Shown: positions 25,501 to 36,907 of the stretch, piece after piece | Numbering within the stretch: position 1 is the first letter of the stretch | How the letters are laid out: every line of letters begins with the position of its first letter | NCBI GenBank assembly: GCA_013239625.1 | Contig: MU055574.1 | Span: forward strand, 3,538,331-3,602,330 | DNA length: 64,000 nt | Origin: Lama guanicoe | Taxonomy: Eukaryota | Reading direction: 5' to 3' | Translations under genes and position numbers: made by a program | Notes under the pieces: model-generated | Told to the model about the DNA's origin: nothing | The model's database searches: none | What the model saw: the letters and a program-made list of their open reading frames with translations, nothing else

Positions 25501-28500
25501 TTAAGTGCAGATGGTGAGAGCGGAGCCCATAAGTCAACATTTTGAATCCTCAGTGTGATGATTTTGATGCATGCTAAAGTTTCCGAACAGTTGTGTTACA
25601 GACTATAAAAAGGCTGAATGATAAACTCCCACCCCATTCCCAAGCTGGAGAGGAAGAAACAGGAGCGAAAAGATATTGTCCTGGGTCCCTTCCCTGGTGA
25701 TGATGGAGTGTGATGCCTGGGATGAAAGGCCCAGACCTGGCCGCTTGCCCACCTTCCTGCATGACCCCTACTCCAGGGCCAGCTGTCGTCTGGGATCAAT
25801 TCTGCCTCCAGGACCTCCGCCTGGGACTCGGTCCTCCTATCTCTGGTTCTTGCTACAGCTCTGTGTCCTGCCTCATTGCCCTCTACCATTCTCAGCTGAC
25901 CTGGCTTTATTCCACCCCTGAGGGGCTGCTCTCACCTGCCTGCATCCTGGCTCCAGGTACCTGGTGTATGGCTCAGGGGGACTGGTCCAGGCTGTGGATG
26001 GAAACAGCCCAAGGCCCTACCGTGGGGCCTCATGTGCCTGAGAAGAGTCTCAACAGGAGACATGCTTGGAAGGGGGATAATTTCACACTGGTACAGCTGG
26101 TGCTTTCTTGCTCAATTCATGTGACATGGAGGCCAGTCTCATCTGCATTTAGTCCATTGGACACAAGAGACCTTTGACAGAATTTCATTCTAGAGTCTGA
26201 AGGAAACCAGAATATGTTACCCCCAAATATGCCTCTTTGACATAAAAATGATTTTGAGCTGAAGGCAATTAAGCAGCAACAAAGGTGGGAAAAGCTCTCT
26301 CAACCTCCCCTCTTTTCTGTCTAAAGGCAGGACATAAATTCTCCTTTTACTGGAGATAGTCTCTTGCCAGCCCAGAGAAGACACTAGAAGGATCTGCAAA
26401 TAAAACTTATTTCATTAGTTTCCTCCCACAGATTTACTTTCCTAATAGACTGCCACCCTTGGAAGCCGAAGATTGCTTTCCTTTGTCCTGTCTTGTTCCT
26501 ATGGTTGTGTTGTTCTCTGTTGAAGATGCCACACAAGCCAGAGTTCTAAGCTGTCATTATGAGTTTCTCTTTGTTTAAGTTCCCCCAGTGTTGTGTGCTG
26601 CACACCTTAATAAACTGTTTCCTTGTTAATCTGACTTTTTGTTAGAGTCCCAGTTGATCTTTTTTATTGAATAAATTGGACATGTAACATTGTGTAAGTT
26701 AAACAAACAAAAAAACTCACCACAGTCCCAGCTGAAAACCTAAAATGGGCAGAAGCAAAGCTTTGCCTCCCTGGCAGGTCTGAAATTTCTGCTAAGGGAA
26801 AGGCAGGTGGCCAGAAGGAGGAGTCAGGAAGCACATCCTCTGTCTTTTCCCTGATGTCATTTTCTGCCAGCCGACCCCTGGCTTCTCCAGAGTGGCCTTA
26901 TTTCTCCTGCTCCGCCATGCTAGGGGAGGTCCCCTCCCAAATCTCGGAATTGGCCTTTCCTTTTTCCTACAACTCTCTTCCCTGGATTTCCACATGCCTC
27001 ATTTCTTCACATTCTCAAGTCTTTACTCAAATATTGTTAAGATGGAAGCAAGTACTCCTAAGCCCATGATCTCAGCTCTGAACATTCAAGATTTGTTATT
27101 TTCTAATGAAACGGGCTATTTTTTTAGGTATTTGTTTTTACCAACCAATAGTAACCAACAGTAGAAAGCACAATAGTATTAATCAGTAGTGTTAATACTA
27201 TTATTTTGTTTTTGTCTGTTTTAACTTTTACTTTTTGGGACTTCCTTCAGTTTATCAAGTGGTGATGTTTACTTGGAAAGAATCTATTGCCACCATTGGT
27301 TTTGCTTATCGCAATCACTACCCAGTTAATCATACTTAGTCTGTAAAACTCCAGAGGCTTTCAGGAGATGACAAATTTCCTGAAGACCCTGCCTAGAGTT
27401 GATCTGCTGTCCTGAAGATAGGTGGTTCAATGACCTTTATCTCATCTGTCTTCAGATTTCTTCCCTCATTTTGGTAACCCCACTGTAACCACCATCAAGG
27501 AAAATAGCAGATCACTCTGGATGGGACATGGGGGATTTTATGAGCATGAGCTCACTGAATCCACCCAATTTTTCTAGGAAAAAGGGACTCTTGCGGTCTT
27601 CCTCTTACAGACCAGAACCCAAGCCTTGGAGAGGTGAAAGCGCTGGTGCAGCAGCAGCAAAGCTGATTTTGCACCCAGGCACTCTGCCTCCAGAGTCTGA
27701 GTCTCCCCTACCACAGCAAACTGAGAGGACAGCCTTGGGAAAGAGGAGCCAGTGGAGGCAGCAAAGCAATGAGAGGCTGAAGATACTCCTCCTCCTCCCC
27801 CTTCTCCGCCTGACTGGCGTTCATTAATCACGGAACACGTACAAACATGACATATACATCAGGAACTGAACTCAAAGTTTTACATCTTTCACTCTCACAA
27901 CCACCAAATAAGGTAAGTATTTTTATTAGTGCATCTTAAAGATGGGGAAATGGAGGCTTTAAGAAGTTGTGTATCTTGCCCAAGGTGACAAGTCTAGTAG
28001 GATGCAGAGCCAAGGTCATTTTGGTAGCACTGTATCCTGCTAACTAAGCCCTTGGTATTAACAAAGACCAAAGACATTGTCTATTCAAATCCACACATTT
28101 CTGGGAAATGGAGGCTTGAACTGTTCTGTTATCAGTCACTGGGCAACTGGATAGTCTTGGGAAAGTTATTTGAGCCATTTACACTGAGAGGTGCCCATCT
28201 GTTAACTGCGGGTCCTGATGGCCTTGCTCAGAGGTATCCTGGGGTGGTAAGATCCTCTCTGCTCTTGGACAGCTCTCCATGAACACCAGTAGCAAATTCT
28301 CACATGGTGTTTATGGTCTCTGTTCTGTGGTAGGCATAGCTCTAAGCACTTGGCATGTATGAACTCATTTAATCCTCACAGTGACCTATAATCCCCATTC
28401 TACAGATGAAGCAATCGAGACACATGTGGTTAAGCCAACTGCCCATGTTTTTTCTAGATAAAAAGATGGCAGAGTTGAAATCCAGACTCAGAGTCTGGCT

Positions 28501-28998
28501 GAGGAAGCTATACTGGTAACCACTATGCTATCTCGTCCCTTGAAAGAAAAGAAATGCTAAGGAGACAGTGTTCATTCATCCCGTGTGGAGTTTCTTGCAC
28601 CCTTTTCTTTGCATTAGAGTGCCTCCTCCTTAGGAGCTACGCATTAAGTCCACATGGAGTTACTCAGGCTGCAGAGAGAAACTGACCCCACGTCTGTTCT
28701 GATTATTTCCTGACAGCAGAAAGCTGAAATTTTTACAAAGCTGAGAAAAGCACCATTACCATTTCTTTTTTCTTTTTCTTTCTTTTTTTTTTTTTTAACT
28801 GGAGTACAGTCAATTACAATGTGTCAGCCTCTGGTGTACAGCACAATGTCCCAGTCATGCATACCATTTCCAACAGTCCCCTTGAGCGTACTCAGATGAC
28901 AAAGCTGAGAGCAAGTAAAAAGAAACGAAGCACTTACCTACCACCCCTGTCAGGGGGAAGCTGAGGAGGAAGCCTAGAAAGCAGTGTTTAGGCGTCAT
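13386..28998 (-). CDS. IL22RA2: Interleukin-22 binding protein; spliced CDS complement(join(13386..13535,14521..14690,22679..22857,25256..25391,28938..28998)), 231 aa, soluble
   Basis: Exons 61+136+179+170+150=696 nt, GT-AG, frame continuous. Motifs MTPKHCFLG, FQSRNFHNIL, YGQRQWKNKEDCWG, RFTPWWET, DRRSQRSEERC; no TM segment. Confidence 0.97.
14521..14690 (-). CDS. IL22RA2: IL22RA2 coding exon 4 (TKIDPPVMNIT...INNSLEM)
   Basis: Acceptor ctccag|CA, donor ATG|gtaagt; 170 nt. Confidence 0.97.
15850..16590 (-). mobile_element. Old L1 (L1MD/ME-like) fragment
   Basis: ttgcatttccttgatgactaatgaagtt...ccatttggatattcc. Confidence 0.7.
16593..16800. mobile_element. MER58A-like hAT MITE
   Basis: tattttaggctttgtgggccata...gacaaaatgtaaacgaatgggtgtg. 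Confidence 0.75.
18290..19435 (+). mobile_element. L2 3' region
   Basis: catcttaaactcagcatattc...tgctgttccctttgcctggaatgctct...aaatacttgctgaaggaataaa. Confidence 0.8.
20126..20868 (+). mobile_element. L1MB-like end of ORF2 and 3' UTR
   Basis: gatgtggagaaatagaaaccctcatacactgctgatgggaatgtaaaatggtg...attccactcctaggtatatacccaagag. Confidence 0.88.
21100..22250 (+). mobile_element. Degenerate ERVL internal region (integrase and dUTPase remnants)
   Basis: Peptides TGIDTF, YQMYGAISSIDGIHG and KLRQPLDSLEFLIPFNQQGENEVLVSSRVTGSDSQREIELL resemble ERVL pol/dut (TGIDTY; PIYGTVSPIARIHG; WKLRLPPGHFGLLLPLSQQAKKGVTVLAGVIDPDYQDEISLL, recalled). Confidence 0.75.
22679..22857 (-). CDS. IL22RA2: IL22RA2 coding exon 3 (YGQRQWKNKEDC...RFTPWWE)
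   Basis: Acceptor ctacag|G, donor A|gtgagt; 179 nt. Confidence 0.97.
25256..25391 (-). CDS. IL22RA2: IL22RA2 coding exon 2 (ETQSAHQSLKPQRVHFQSRN...VQYKM)
   Basis: Acceptor ttttag|AA, donor AT|gtaagt; 136 nt. Confidence 0.97.
26198..26776 (+). mobile_element. Solo ERV1 LTR (MER34A-like)
   Basis: TG...CA termini, start tgaaggaaaccagaatatg, internal AATAAA, 4-bp flanks agtc/ggtc. Confidence 0.8.
28290..28530 (-). mobile_element. MIR SINE
   Basis: ctcatttaatcctcaca...cccattctacagatgaag core. Confidence 0.75.
28766..28861 (-). mobile_element. Short 5'-truncated young L1 tail with TSD taccatttc
   Basis: Poly-T plus an L1 3' end, flanked by identical 9-mers at 28757-28765 and 28862-28870. Confidence 0.8.
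28938..28998 (-). CDS. IL22RA2: IL22RA2 first coding exon (MTPKHCFLGFLLSFPLTGVV)
   Basis: Kozak-like context CAACCATGA; donor G|gtaagt; not in the ORF track, read manually. Confidence 0.94.
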
Positions 28999-29568
28999 GG
29001 TTGGGAGTGTGACTGGTCAGGACACCAGCGTTCCCCTCAGTGAGCGGACAGCTCTGGATAGAAGAGGAAACTAGAATCCTCCCACCGAACATCCCCTTTT
29101 TGTTTGAACCATGGTCCTTGAAGCAAATCCAATTTCATTTTGTTCATAGATTTGACTGTCTTATTGTTTGGGTGTAATACGGACCAAGAATCACTTCAAA
29201 AACCATTTGCCGTTAGGTCACTTTGATGTGGAGGCTTGTTTTTGTTGAGAACTTTGTTAGGTGAGAAGAAAGGAAAACACTGAGGACTGGCAGACTGGAA
29301 GGCAGGGTAGGGCCAGGGATTGTGCAACGTGCTCGCAGGTGGGTGAGTGAACCAAACTGTGAGGCCTTCAAGGAATTTGGCCCCAGGAGGCGGGGGTGCT
29401 GCCAGGGACAGGCCTTGGCTGACAGGGTGATTTTAATTGATGGGCTTGGTGACTGCAGCTCCCAGGGCCCCTGGCAGGGCTTCAAGCAGGTGGGTCTCTG
29501 GTTAATTCTTCCTTTCTCTCCTTCTTGGAAGCTTCCTGAGTAACCTCTCTGGCATTCACTGCACATCC

Positions 29569-29734
29569 TCAGCAGCCCCGCCCCTCCGCGGCCCCGGCCT
29601 TCTCCGCGGCCCCGCCTCTCCGCGGCCCCGCCCCTCCTCGGCCCCGCCCCTCAGCAGCCCTGCCCCTCCGCGGCCCCGGCCTTCTCCTCAGTCCCGCCCC
29701 GCCGCGGCCCCGCCCCGCCGCAGACACGGCCTTC
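29569..29734. repeat. CpG-rich minisatellite, about 10 units of 16-18 bp, consensus TCCGCGGCCCCGCCCC
   Basis: Units parsed directly from the sequence. Confidence 0.92.
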
Positions 29735-30569
29735 CTCGCAGCCTCTCCTCTCGCTGTCCTCCTCCACCTTCCCAATCCACGGGGCCCTGGGCCCCACTCA
29801 GCTAATGCCTCTGCCTTTTACACGCCCACCCTCAGCTTCCAGCAATCTGATAAAGCTTTTGAGCCCATCAAACCAAGTAATTCCTTAAAAGGATGAAGGC
29901 GGAGAACAATCATTTCGAACGACATCAAAGCTTTTTCATATCTTCTTGGAAATCTAATCGAACTAGGTCATCTGTTCTTTGCCCATGATTCACTACATCA
30001 GTTTTCTTACCAACATTTTTTAACCACATGTTTTTAGAGGCACCAAAATTATACATAAAAGCACAAGAAAGTCATAAAAAAGATTTTTTTAAAAGAGGAT
30101 TTTTGGGTCAAAAGAAGAAATATATTCTGATTTCTTTTTCTTCTTGGGTAACTGCTTTCACATTCTTGGTAGAATCGCCCCTTTTAGTAAGAAATTGTGA
30201 TGGTTGTTGAGCAGTACCCATTCATTCATTCAGTAACATATTTGTTGCCCTGCCATGTGCCAGACATTGTTCTCTGCAGCAAGGATACAAGCAGCAAATA
30301 AAATAGACATTGCCCTACCTTCCTGAAGCCAACTTCTACAGAGGGAAGTAGGTACCCTGCTGGAGCAGGATGCAGGGGTTTGTGGAGCTAACACGTTTTT
30401 CAACACCTCTGCGCTGGATCAGGCTTCTGAATCTAAACTCCTTATTTCCTCCAGGTGAAGTTTCCATTGCTTCTCAGCTGACTTAGGCTTTTAAAGAAGA
30501 AATATGCAGCCTATCTTAGGTTCTCTTTGCACCATCTGGGTGCCCCCTGTCGCCTAGCCTTCTCAGCAT

Positions 30570-30930
30570 CATATAATATCACTTATATGTGAAATCTAAA
30601 AAAATGACACAAATGAACTTATTTACAAAACAGAAACAGACTCACAGACATAGAAAACAAACTTTAGTTACCAAAGAGGATAGGCAGGGAGGGATAAATT
30701 AGGAGTTTCAGATCAGCAGATACAAACTACTGTATATGAAATAGATAAACAACAAGGACCTACTGTGTAGCACAGGGAACTATGCTCAATGTCTTATAAT
30801 AACCTAAAGTGAAAAAGAATATATATATATATATATATATATATGTATAATTGACTCTAACACACCAGAAACTAGCAGAACATTGTAGATCAGCTGTACT
30901 TCAATTTAAAAAAAACCAAATCCTAAAAAA
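30570..30930 (+). mobile_element. Artiodactyl-type L1 3' end containing (AT)n
   Basis: acaaatgaacttatttacaaaacagaaacagactcacagacatagaaaacaaact. Confidence 0.85.
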
Positions 30931-31859
30931 AAGTCACAATGCCTTGTTCTCCACTTGTAATATTCATTCTGTAAAGAGAGAGAATGATGTCAGAGAAGAT
31001 TCAGCCAGTCATTCCTTTGTTTATTCAGTCAAGCAAATCTTCACTGAGCACGTGCTGTATGCCAGTGTATGCTGTATGCTGGGCTAGGTGTGTGGGAGTG
31101 CCAGTCCTTGGGGGCCAACAACATCTTCAGCCAGGTCTTGGTAATGAAGGACTACATGTTCCTCGTTCTCTTAAGAAAAGTGTTTCAAAACTGGTGTTCT
31201 GGATGACTTCAGTGGGGTTTATCCAAGGGGGTCAGATGGACTGGGTTTCTGCTCCATACCCTTTCCCTCATTCTATGATTGAGTTAGCAGCGAGATATCT
31301 TTTAAAGTTCCATCACAGATTATAACTTGGACACCACTCTTCTCCTCCTCAGACCTATGGAGAATCACATACCTGTAGTACCCACAACTGGGAAACTCTT
31401 ATCAGCTGGGCCCTCAATAACTCTACTGAGTAATACTTGTGACCTTTGAGCACTTCCACATTCTGGAAATAATTGCTATGTGTTGTAAAATAGCTTATGG
31501 ACTTCAATTCAGGAAAAAAAAAAGGAACTTCATTGTTCAAGTACCGGCAATAAGAACAATGACCAATCTGATCAAGTTTAGTCTTGATTAATTTTTGGAC
31601 TATGTACACTAATACATTATTTAAAAATCTCCATTCATAGAACTTGGGGCTTCATTAAATAATGTTTTCTGCCCTTCACTCATATTGTCCTGAATAAAAG
31701 ATGCTATTGATTTTTCTTTGACTGTTCTTGATCTGGTCTTTTACTGACCTCAAAAACTCTGTTGGGTGTAACCAATCTTCACGCCCAACCACTAGCACAT
31801 GCCTGTACATTGCTCTGACTCTGGAAAGATTTTCATGGCATAACCAGAGTCCAGCTGGT

Positions 31860-32520
31860 TGTCACTCCCTCCACTGCACCTACTTGGGTCCTTGCCACCA
31901 TCATCTCTTGCCTGGGTTGTGGCCACAGCCTCATTTTCCTGCCTCTGCCTCTGTCCTCTCTGACAGGCCGAGTGTACCTTTTAGATCAGAGCCTTTGCTC
32001 AGAATCCTCCAATGTCTTCCCATTTCTCCCACATAAAAGTCAAAATTCTTATAGCCACCTATGAGGCACTATATAATCTGGCTCTATTCCTCTAAATGCA
32101 TCTCCTAACTTTTTTCCTGACCTGAAGTGCTCCAGCCCTGATGGCCTTCTTGCTGTTTTCTCAAACACACTGTGCACATCCCACACTGGAACCTTTTATT
32201 AACTGTCCATTCTTGAATGCTCTTCCTGGGACATCCAGGCTCATTCCCTCATGACTCAGCTGGGATATTATCTTATCAGTGAATCCCTTCATGGCTACCC
32301 AACGTGGCAGCTTTTAGCCCCACCCTTTTATCTGCTTAATTTTTCTCCATCATACTTATCACTTGATGGACTCTGTTTTAATTCATTCTTGTTGTCTACC
32401 TCCCCAACTAGAATATAAGTTCCATGAGATCAGGTACGTTGTATGTTTTATTCACTGCTTCCCTTAGGAAGGATGCCCAGCATAGGGTAAGCACATAATG
32501 CTTATTAAATGAATCAGTGA
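31860..32520 (+). mobile_element. L2 3' region
   Basis: ccatcatctcttgcctgg...ctagaatataagttccatgag...aaatgaat. Confidence 0.75.
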
Positions 32521-35500
32521 AAAGAAATGTGGTAGTAGCAGTCAGCATGAATTTGCAAGACTCAAGTTAAAAGAACAGGAAGACTCTTCTCTGTTTTTTA
32601 TGGTCGGGGGTTGGGAGTCCTGGTGGGAGAGGGCTGAGATTCTCTGATCTCTGAAGTCACTGTGGTTCAGTCAGACACAGGCAACACTGCCCTTTACCAC
32701 ATCGTGTGGCGCTGTTGCCAACCCTTCAGTTGGACAAATTAATCTGTGTGACCTGGGAATTACCTGCTCCTTGAAGGTTAGAGAGATTTCCCTGAGAAAT
32801 AATCTGGATGCTCTTCTGGGCAGCACGTGGAGGTACATAGGCATAGCGTTTCTTTGGCCATTTCCTAATAATTCTAATTCTTCTATGATCATTAGTCTTA
32901 GATTTTTCTATCTCTTCTAGATTCAGTTTCTATAAATCATATTTTCTTTAGAAGAGTGTCCACTTCATGCTTTTATGTTTATTTGCAGAGGGTTGAACAA
33001 ATTATTCCTTTATGATGAACAAATTGCCCATTTCTCTGGTATCTCTTTTATAATTTCCTATTTTGTGTAGTGATATTTTGTCCCTTGTTTTCTTATTTTA
33101 GTTAAGTTATCTATTATTTATCTTTAAAATTTTTTTCGAGGAAACAGATTTTGTGATTAGTTACATGTTCTACTTTTTAAAACATTTTCATATCTCAGTC
33201 ATACCTCCTTTTATCGTTTAAATTTATTTCTTCTGTCTTTTTTCTATTTAATTTGTTTTTTTTAAGAAAAACTCCTTGCATCAGGTATTTATTTCATTTG
33301 TTTTATTATTTATTTTATATCAGTACAAGTATTTACATGAGAAATTTACTCTGAAATGTCTCCCATAGGTTCTCCCCTTGGCTCTTAAATGTGATTTTTT
33401 TCCTTAAACATTTCTGCAATTTAGATTACTTTTTCTGATCCAAGGGTTTTTAAAGAGAGAACTAAAAACAAACTTTCCAAGTGGAAAAGCTTTTAAATTT
33501 CAGTTCTCTTTGTTGTTTTTTCATGATTCCCAGGGAAGAAAAAGATGCTGATTTTAGCAACCATGTGCAATTTGGAAATCCCCTGTCTTATTGCTTTGCT
33601 TTCTGGGAGTTGAAGGGCAGAGAAGAAGATTAGTATTAATTTATTATTCATGAGCAAAGAGAAAACATGGCCAGACAATCAACAAGATACACACTGAGCT
33701 TCTAAATAAAATTTTGAAATCCTCATGAACCTCACAGTAAGGGAAGTGCCTTTTGCATTTTAATGACTTTACATACTATTTTATTATAGCACTATAAGTA
33801 ATCACCGTAAGTATCTTATTACAGTGTATTTCTAGCTCCACCTAAGGCTATTTCCGGAGGTAGCTGCGAGTTGTCAAAGTTAAAGAATAACATGTTCAAA
33901 GACAAGTGGAAGGTTTAGTGTTCCTTTTTTATAGGAAGCCAGAGATGTCAGACCACAGTGGGGAAAGCCTGGACTTTGGAGTTAGGTGAAACCTAAGTTC
34001 GATTCCCTCAAAATACACTTCTCAGAACTTCATCCATTTGTAGTGGGGTCCCCATCCTGGTACTCAAAGACTTATAGGATGTCTTTTTTTTTTTTAAATC
34101 CTCCCTCCCTAGAATGCCCAGACAAACCCAGAGCACTGACTAACTTCATTTGATTTCTTGTGGTCTCTGAACACATTAAACATCCCATGTTCCCCAAAAT
34201 AGGCTCTCCAACTTCATCCTGCAGAGGGTGCCTGCCTCCTCTTCCAGCCTGTGTCTTTCCCTCAGCCAGACACCAGCAGAGGTTCCTGCCTAAGGTCATG
34301 CTGGATTCCTGGCTCCCATATCCCAGCTCTTGGTGGATTCCTTAGCTTTTGAGCTGTACCCTGCCCCCACTCCACAGCTGCACAAGGTACCAGCCCTGCC
34401 ATCCTCAGTGTTTCATGTGCATTCTGAGTTTCTGCTATATTGTATTCCTAAGATACACCTCTTTGATTTCTAGTTTACCTAAAGAACAATTTGTACCTTT
34501 CCTATGCCCCAGTTTCCTCCCTTGGAAAAAAATGTATAATACTTGCCTCACCAGGTGGCTTGGAGGGTCAGTAAGAGAAATCTGGCTAACGTCTTGTTAT
34601 AGCAAAAGCTTGATAAACTTTAGTCTCTCCTGCAGGCTTGATGAGTTGATAGCTGTCATGGTGTTTCCCAAACATTCAAGCAGGAATCCTGCTGTGTGGA
34701 AAGAGGATCCCTACGGATAGAGGGTGAGTCATATCTGGTTTGGCTCTATCCCTGCGGGAAAACAATGGGGGTAAATGATGGAAATGAACAGTTCACTGAT
34801 CTTGGCACACTTTCACAGAATGTGGCAATTGGTACTCAACAAAAAGAAGAGCTGGGTGTCTTTTGGCTTACCTTCCTCTATCTGCTTAATCCCTCCCCTT
34901 TTTCCTTTAGTTTGTAACTATTTCTAAAATAGTTCTACTTTTCTAGTCTCTCAACACAGGTTAAGTGTCCCAGAAAACATTCTCTATTCAAAGGTCTCTC
35001 TGTCACCAAATGTGTGAATAAAGACCAGCAGACAGCTAAGGATTTACTGGAGGAAGTATGGGAGGCGGAATCCCCATTCCATCGCCCCCAGGGTAAATCA
35101 TTTAATCTGACTAGTCACGATTTCCTCATCTTAAATGGGTACAGCAATTCCTCCTGACAGGCAGTTTTAAAGATGAGATGAAACGGGGTATTTTGGAAAC
35201 AGTTCATTGTATGTTTTTTTTTTGTTTGTTCACTCATTCCCGATTGGTATCTCTAGTAGAAAGTGACCAAAAGAGTCCAAGCTGTAGCATGTAGCAGCAT
35301 AGAAGGGGGAAATGTAGAGCAAGTACAATAAAATACAATAAAAAAGACAAACAGCCTAGAAAGAAATGGACAAGGGATGTTAGTCAAGTTGCAAAAGAAG
35401 TACAAAACATCTAATGATATAAAATATACTCAACTTGACTAATTATTAACAAAATGCATGTAAAAGCATTATTTTAATGCTGTAAGACTGGGAGAGAGGA

Positions 35501-36393
35501 AAAAGATTATCAGTTAGAATTAGATAGCATAAACAAACAGGTACTCCATTCACATTGGCAGTAATGCCTAGTACAGTCCTTATGAAGAGCAGTAACTATT
35601 ACCTTATCCTTGGCTGTATCTATTATTTTCATATTTCTGCTTTTGCCCAGTCTAATGTGTGCATTTTTCATGTCTTCAGGATTTACTTTTCATAATTTTC
35701 CCACAATAGCGATTAGACTCTGTGAAGAACACATATTTTTATGGAATGTTATGTGCGTTCCTATAGGTTAAAAAAAGAAATTCATAAGACACTATTCCCA
35801 GTAAGTGAGCATACTAGTACTGTTTTCCCACTAATTAAACTAGCTCCTCGTTTTAATTTGCACTTTTAAATGAAAAATATTTTTTCATGGTTTGTTAATT
35901 TGCTTGTGTAGTTTGCACTTTACTGTTTTATTTTTGCTCAGTTAATTCCTATCCTCTTAGTAACTCCCAAGAACGTTTGTGTAAACTCTTGGTTTGCCTC
36001 TTGTTGGGGATTCTTTCTTCGTACTTCATACTTTTCAGTTCTTCCTCACCCACTCCTGTAGCTTTGACCCCCATGTTTACGCTAGAGACTCCTCAAACTT
36101 CATGCTCTGTAGCTAAATCTGCTTTATTCCCCAGAAAGCTTAGAACACAAAGCCTGTGTGTGTTTTGTACACCGGTTGCTAAATATTAAAATATAGATAT
36201 AAAAGGGCCCATTTTAAAAAATTAGTCTATTTTCAGGACTGTTTTAAAGATATGAATAATTAGAAAGTGATTCTATAATATTAGTGAATGGAAACAAGCA
36301 AATGAATAAAATATTAATATTTTAATGCAAATGAATAAATAATATTAATTAACTGCCTAAGTGAATAAACACAAAAATGAATTTTAGAATTAT

Positions 36394-36399
36394 TTTATT
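36394..36399 (-). terminator. Probable IFNGR1 polyadenylation signal AATAAA
   Basis: tttatt on + strand about 510 nt past the stop codon, followed on the minus strand by U-rich sequence. Confidence 0.7.
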
Positions 36400-36907
36400 T
36401 AAAAATCTCTAAATATGTTCCATAAAAAATATATAAATGCTATGTACACACTCTATTAATTCTGTTCATTTCAATTAAATTTTAAGTACAATTTTCAAAA
36501 GCATTCAGGTTACTTCTGAAAGCCTATATACATAAACTACCAAAAGCAAATACCACTATGAGGCACAGAAAAAAATCCATTTAATCTCTAGAAGTGGTTA
36601 GAAAAGATCCTGGGGGTATCATCTTCTATCACAGGAAGCAGAGTTATTAGAGAGCATTCACTGGCACGGTTAACACATTTAGATGGAAAGGTTCCTATGT
36701 GACCTTGTTTGTTTGTTTTTGTTTTTTGTTTTTTTACAGAGTCTCTGCAGTCTTCAGACCAACTCTGACAGTTTCAAACAGCCTCTTTTTATACATTTAT
36801 CTAAACCATGATACTCCACTTGGTTGATACCAACAAGACACAATTTTCAAAGCGAGAAAATTACGTGGGAAAAGCACGTTGTACAAGCTGGTGCATCTTG
36901 GTTGATC

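Noticed and set aside
25710-26177. 155-aa + strand ORF
   Set aside because: Intronic antisense ORF starting at GTG with no recognisable domain; a chance ORF in a locally GC-richer stretch.
28099-28107. GAS/STAT motifs (TTCTGGGAA here; also 53525-53533, and an N4 site at 54477-54486)
   Set aside because: TTCnnnGAA is expected many times by chance in 64 kb, and I saw no clustering or other support.
29569-29775. Arg/Gly-rich ORF, or a CRISPR-like array
   Set aside because: Translation of the minisatellite; the units are contiguous with no unique spacers, and the DNA is eukaryotic.
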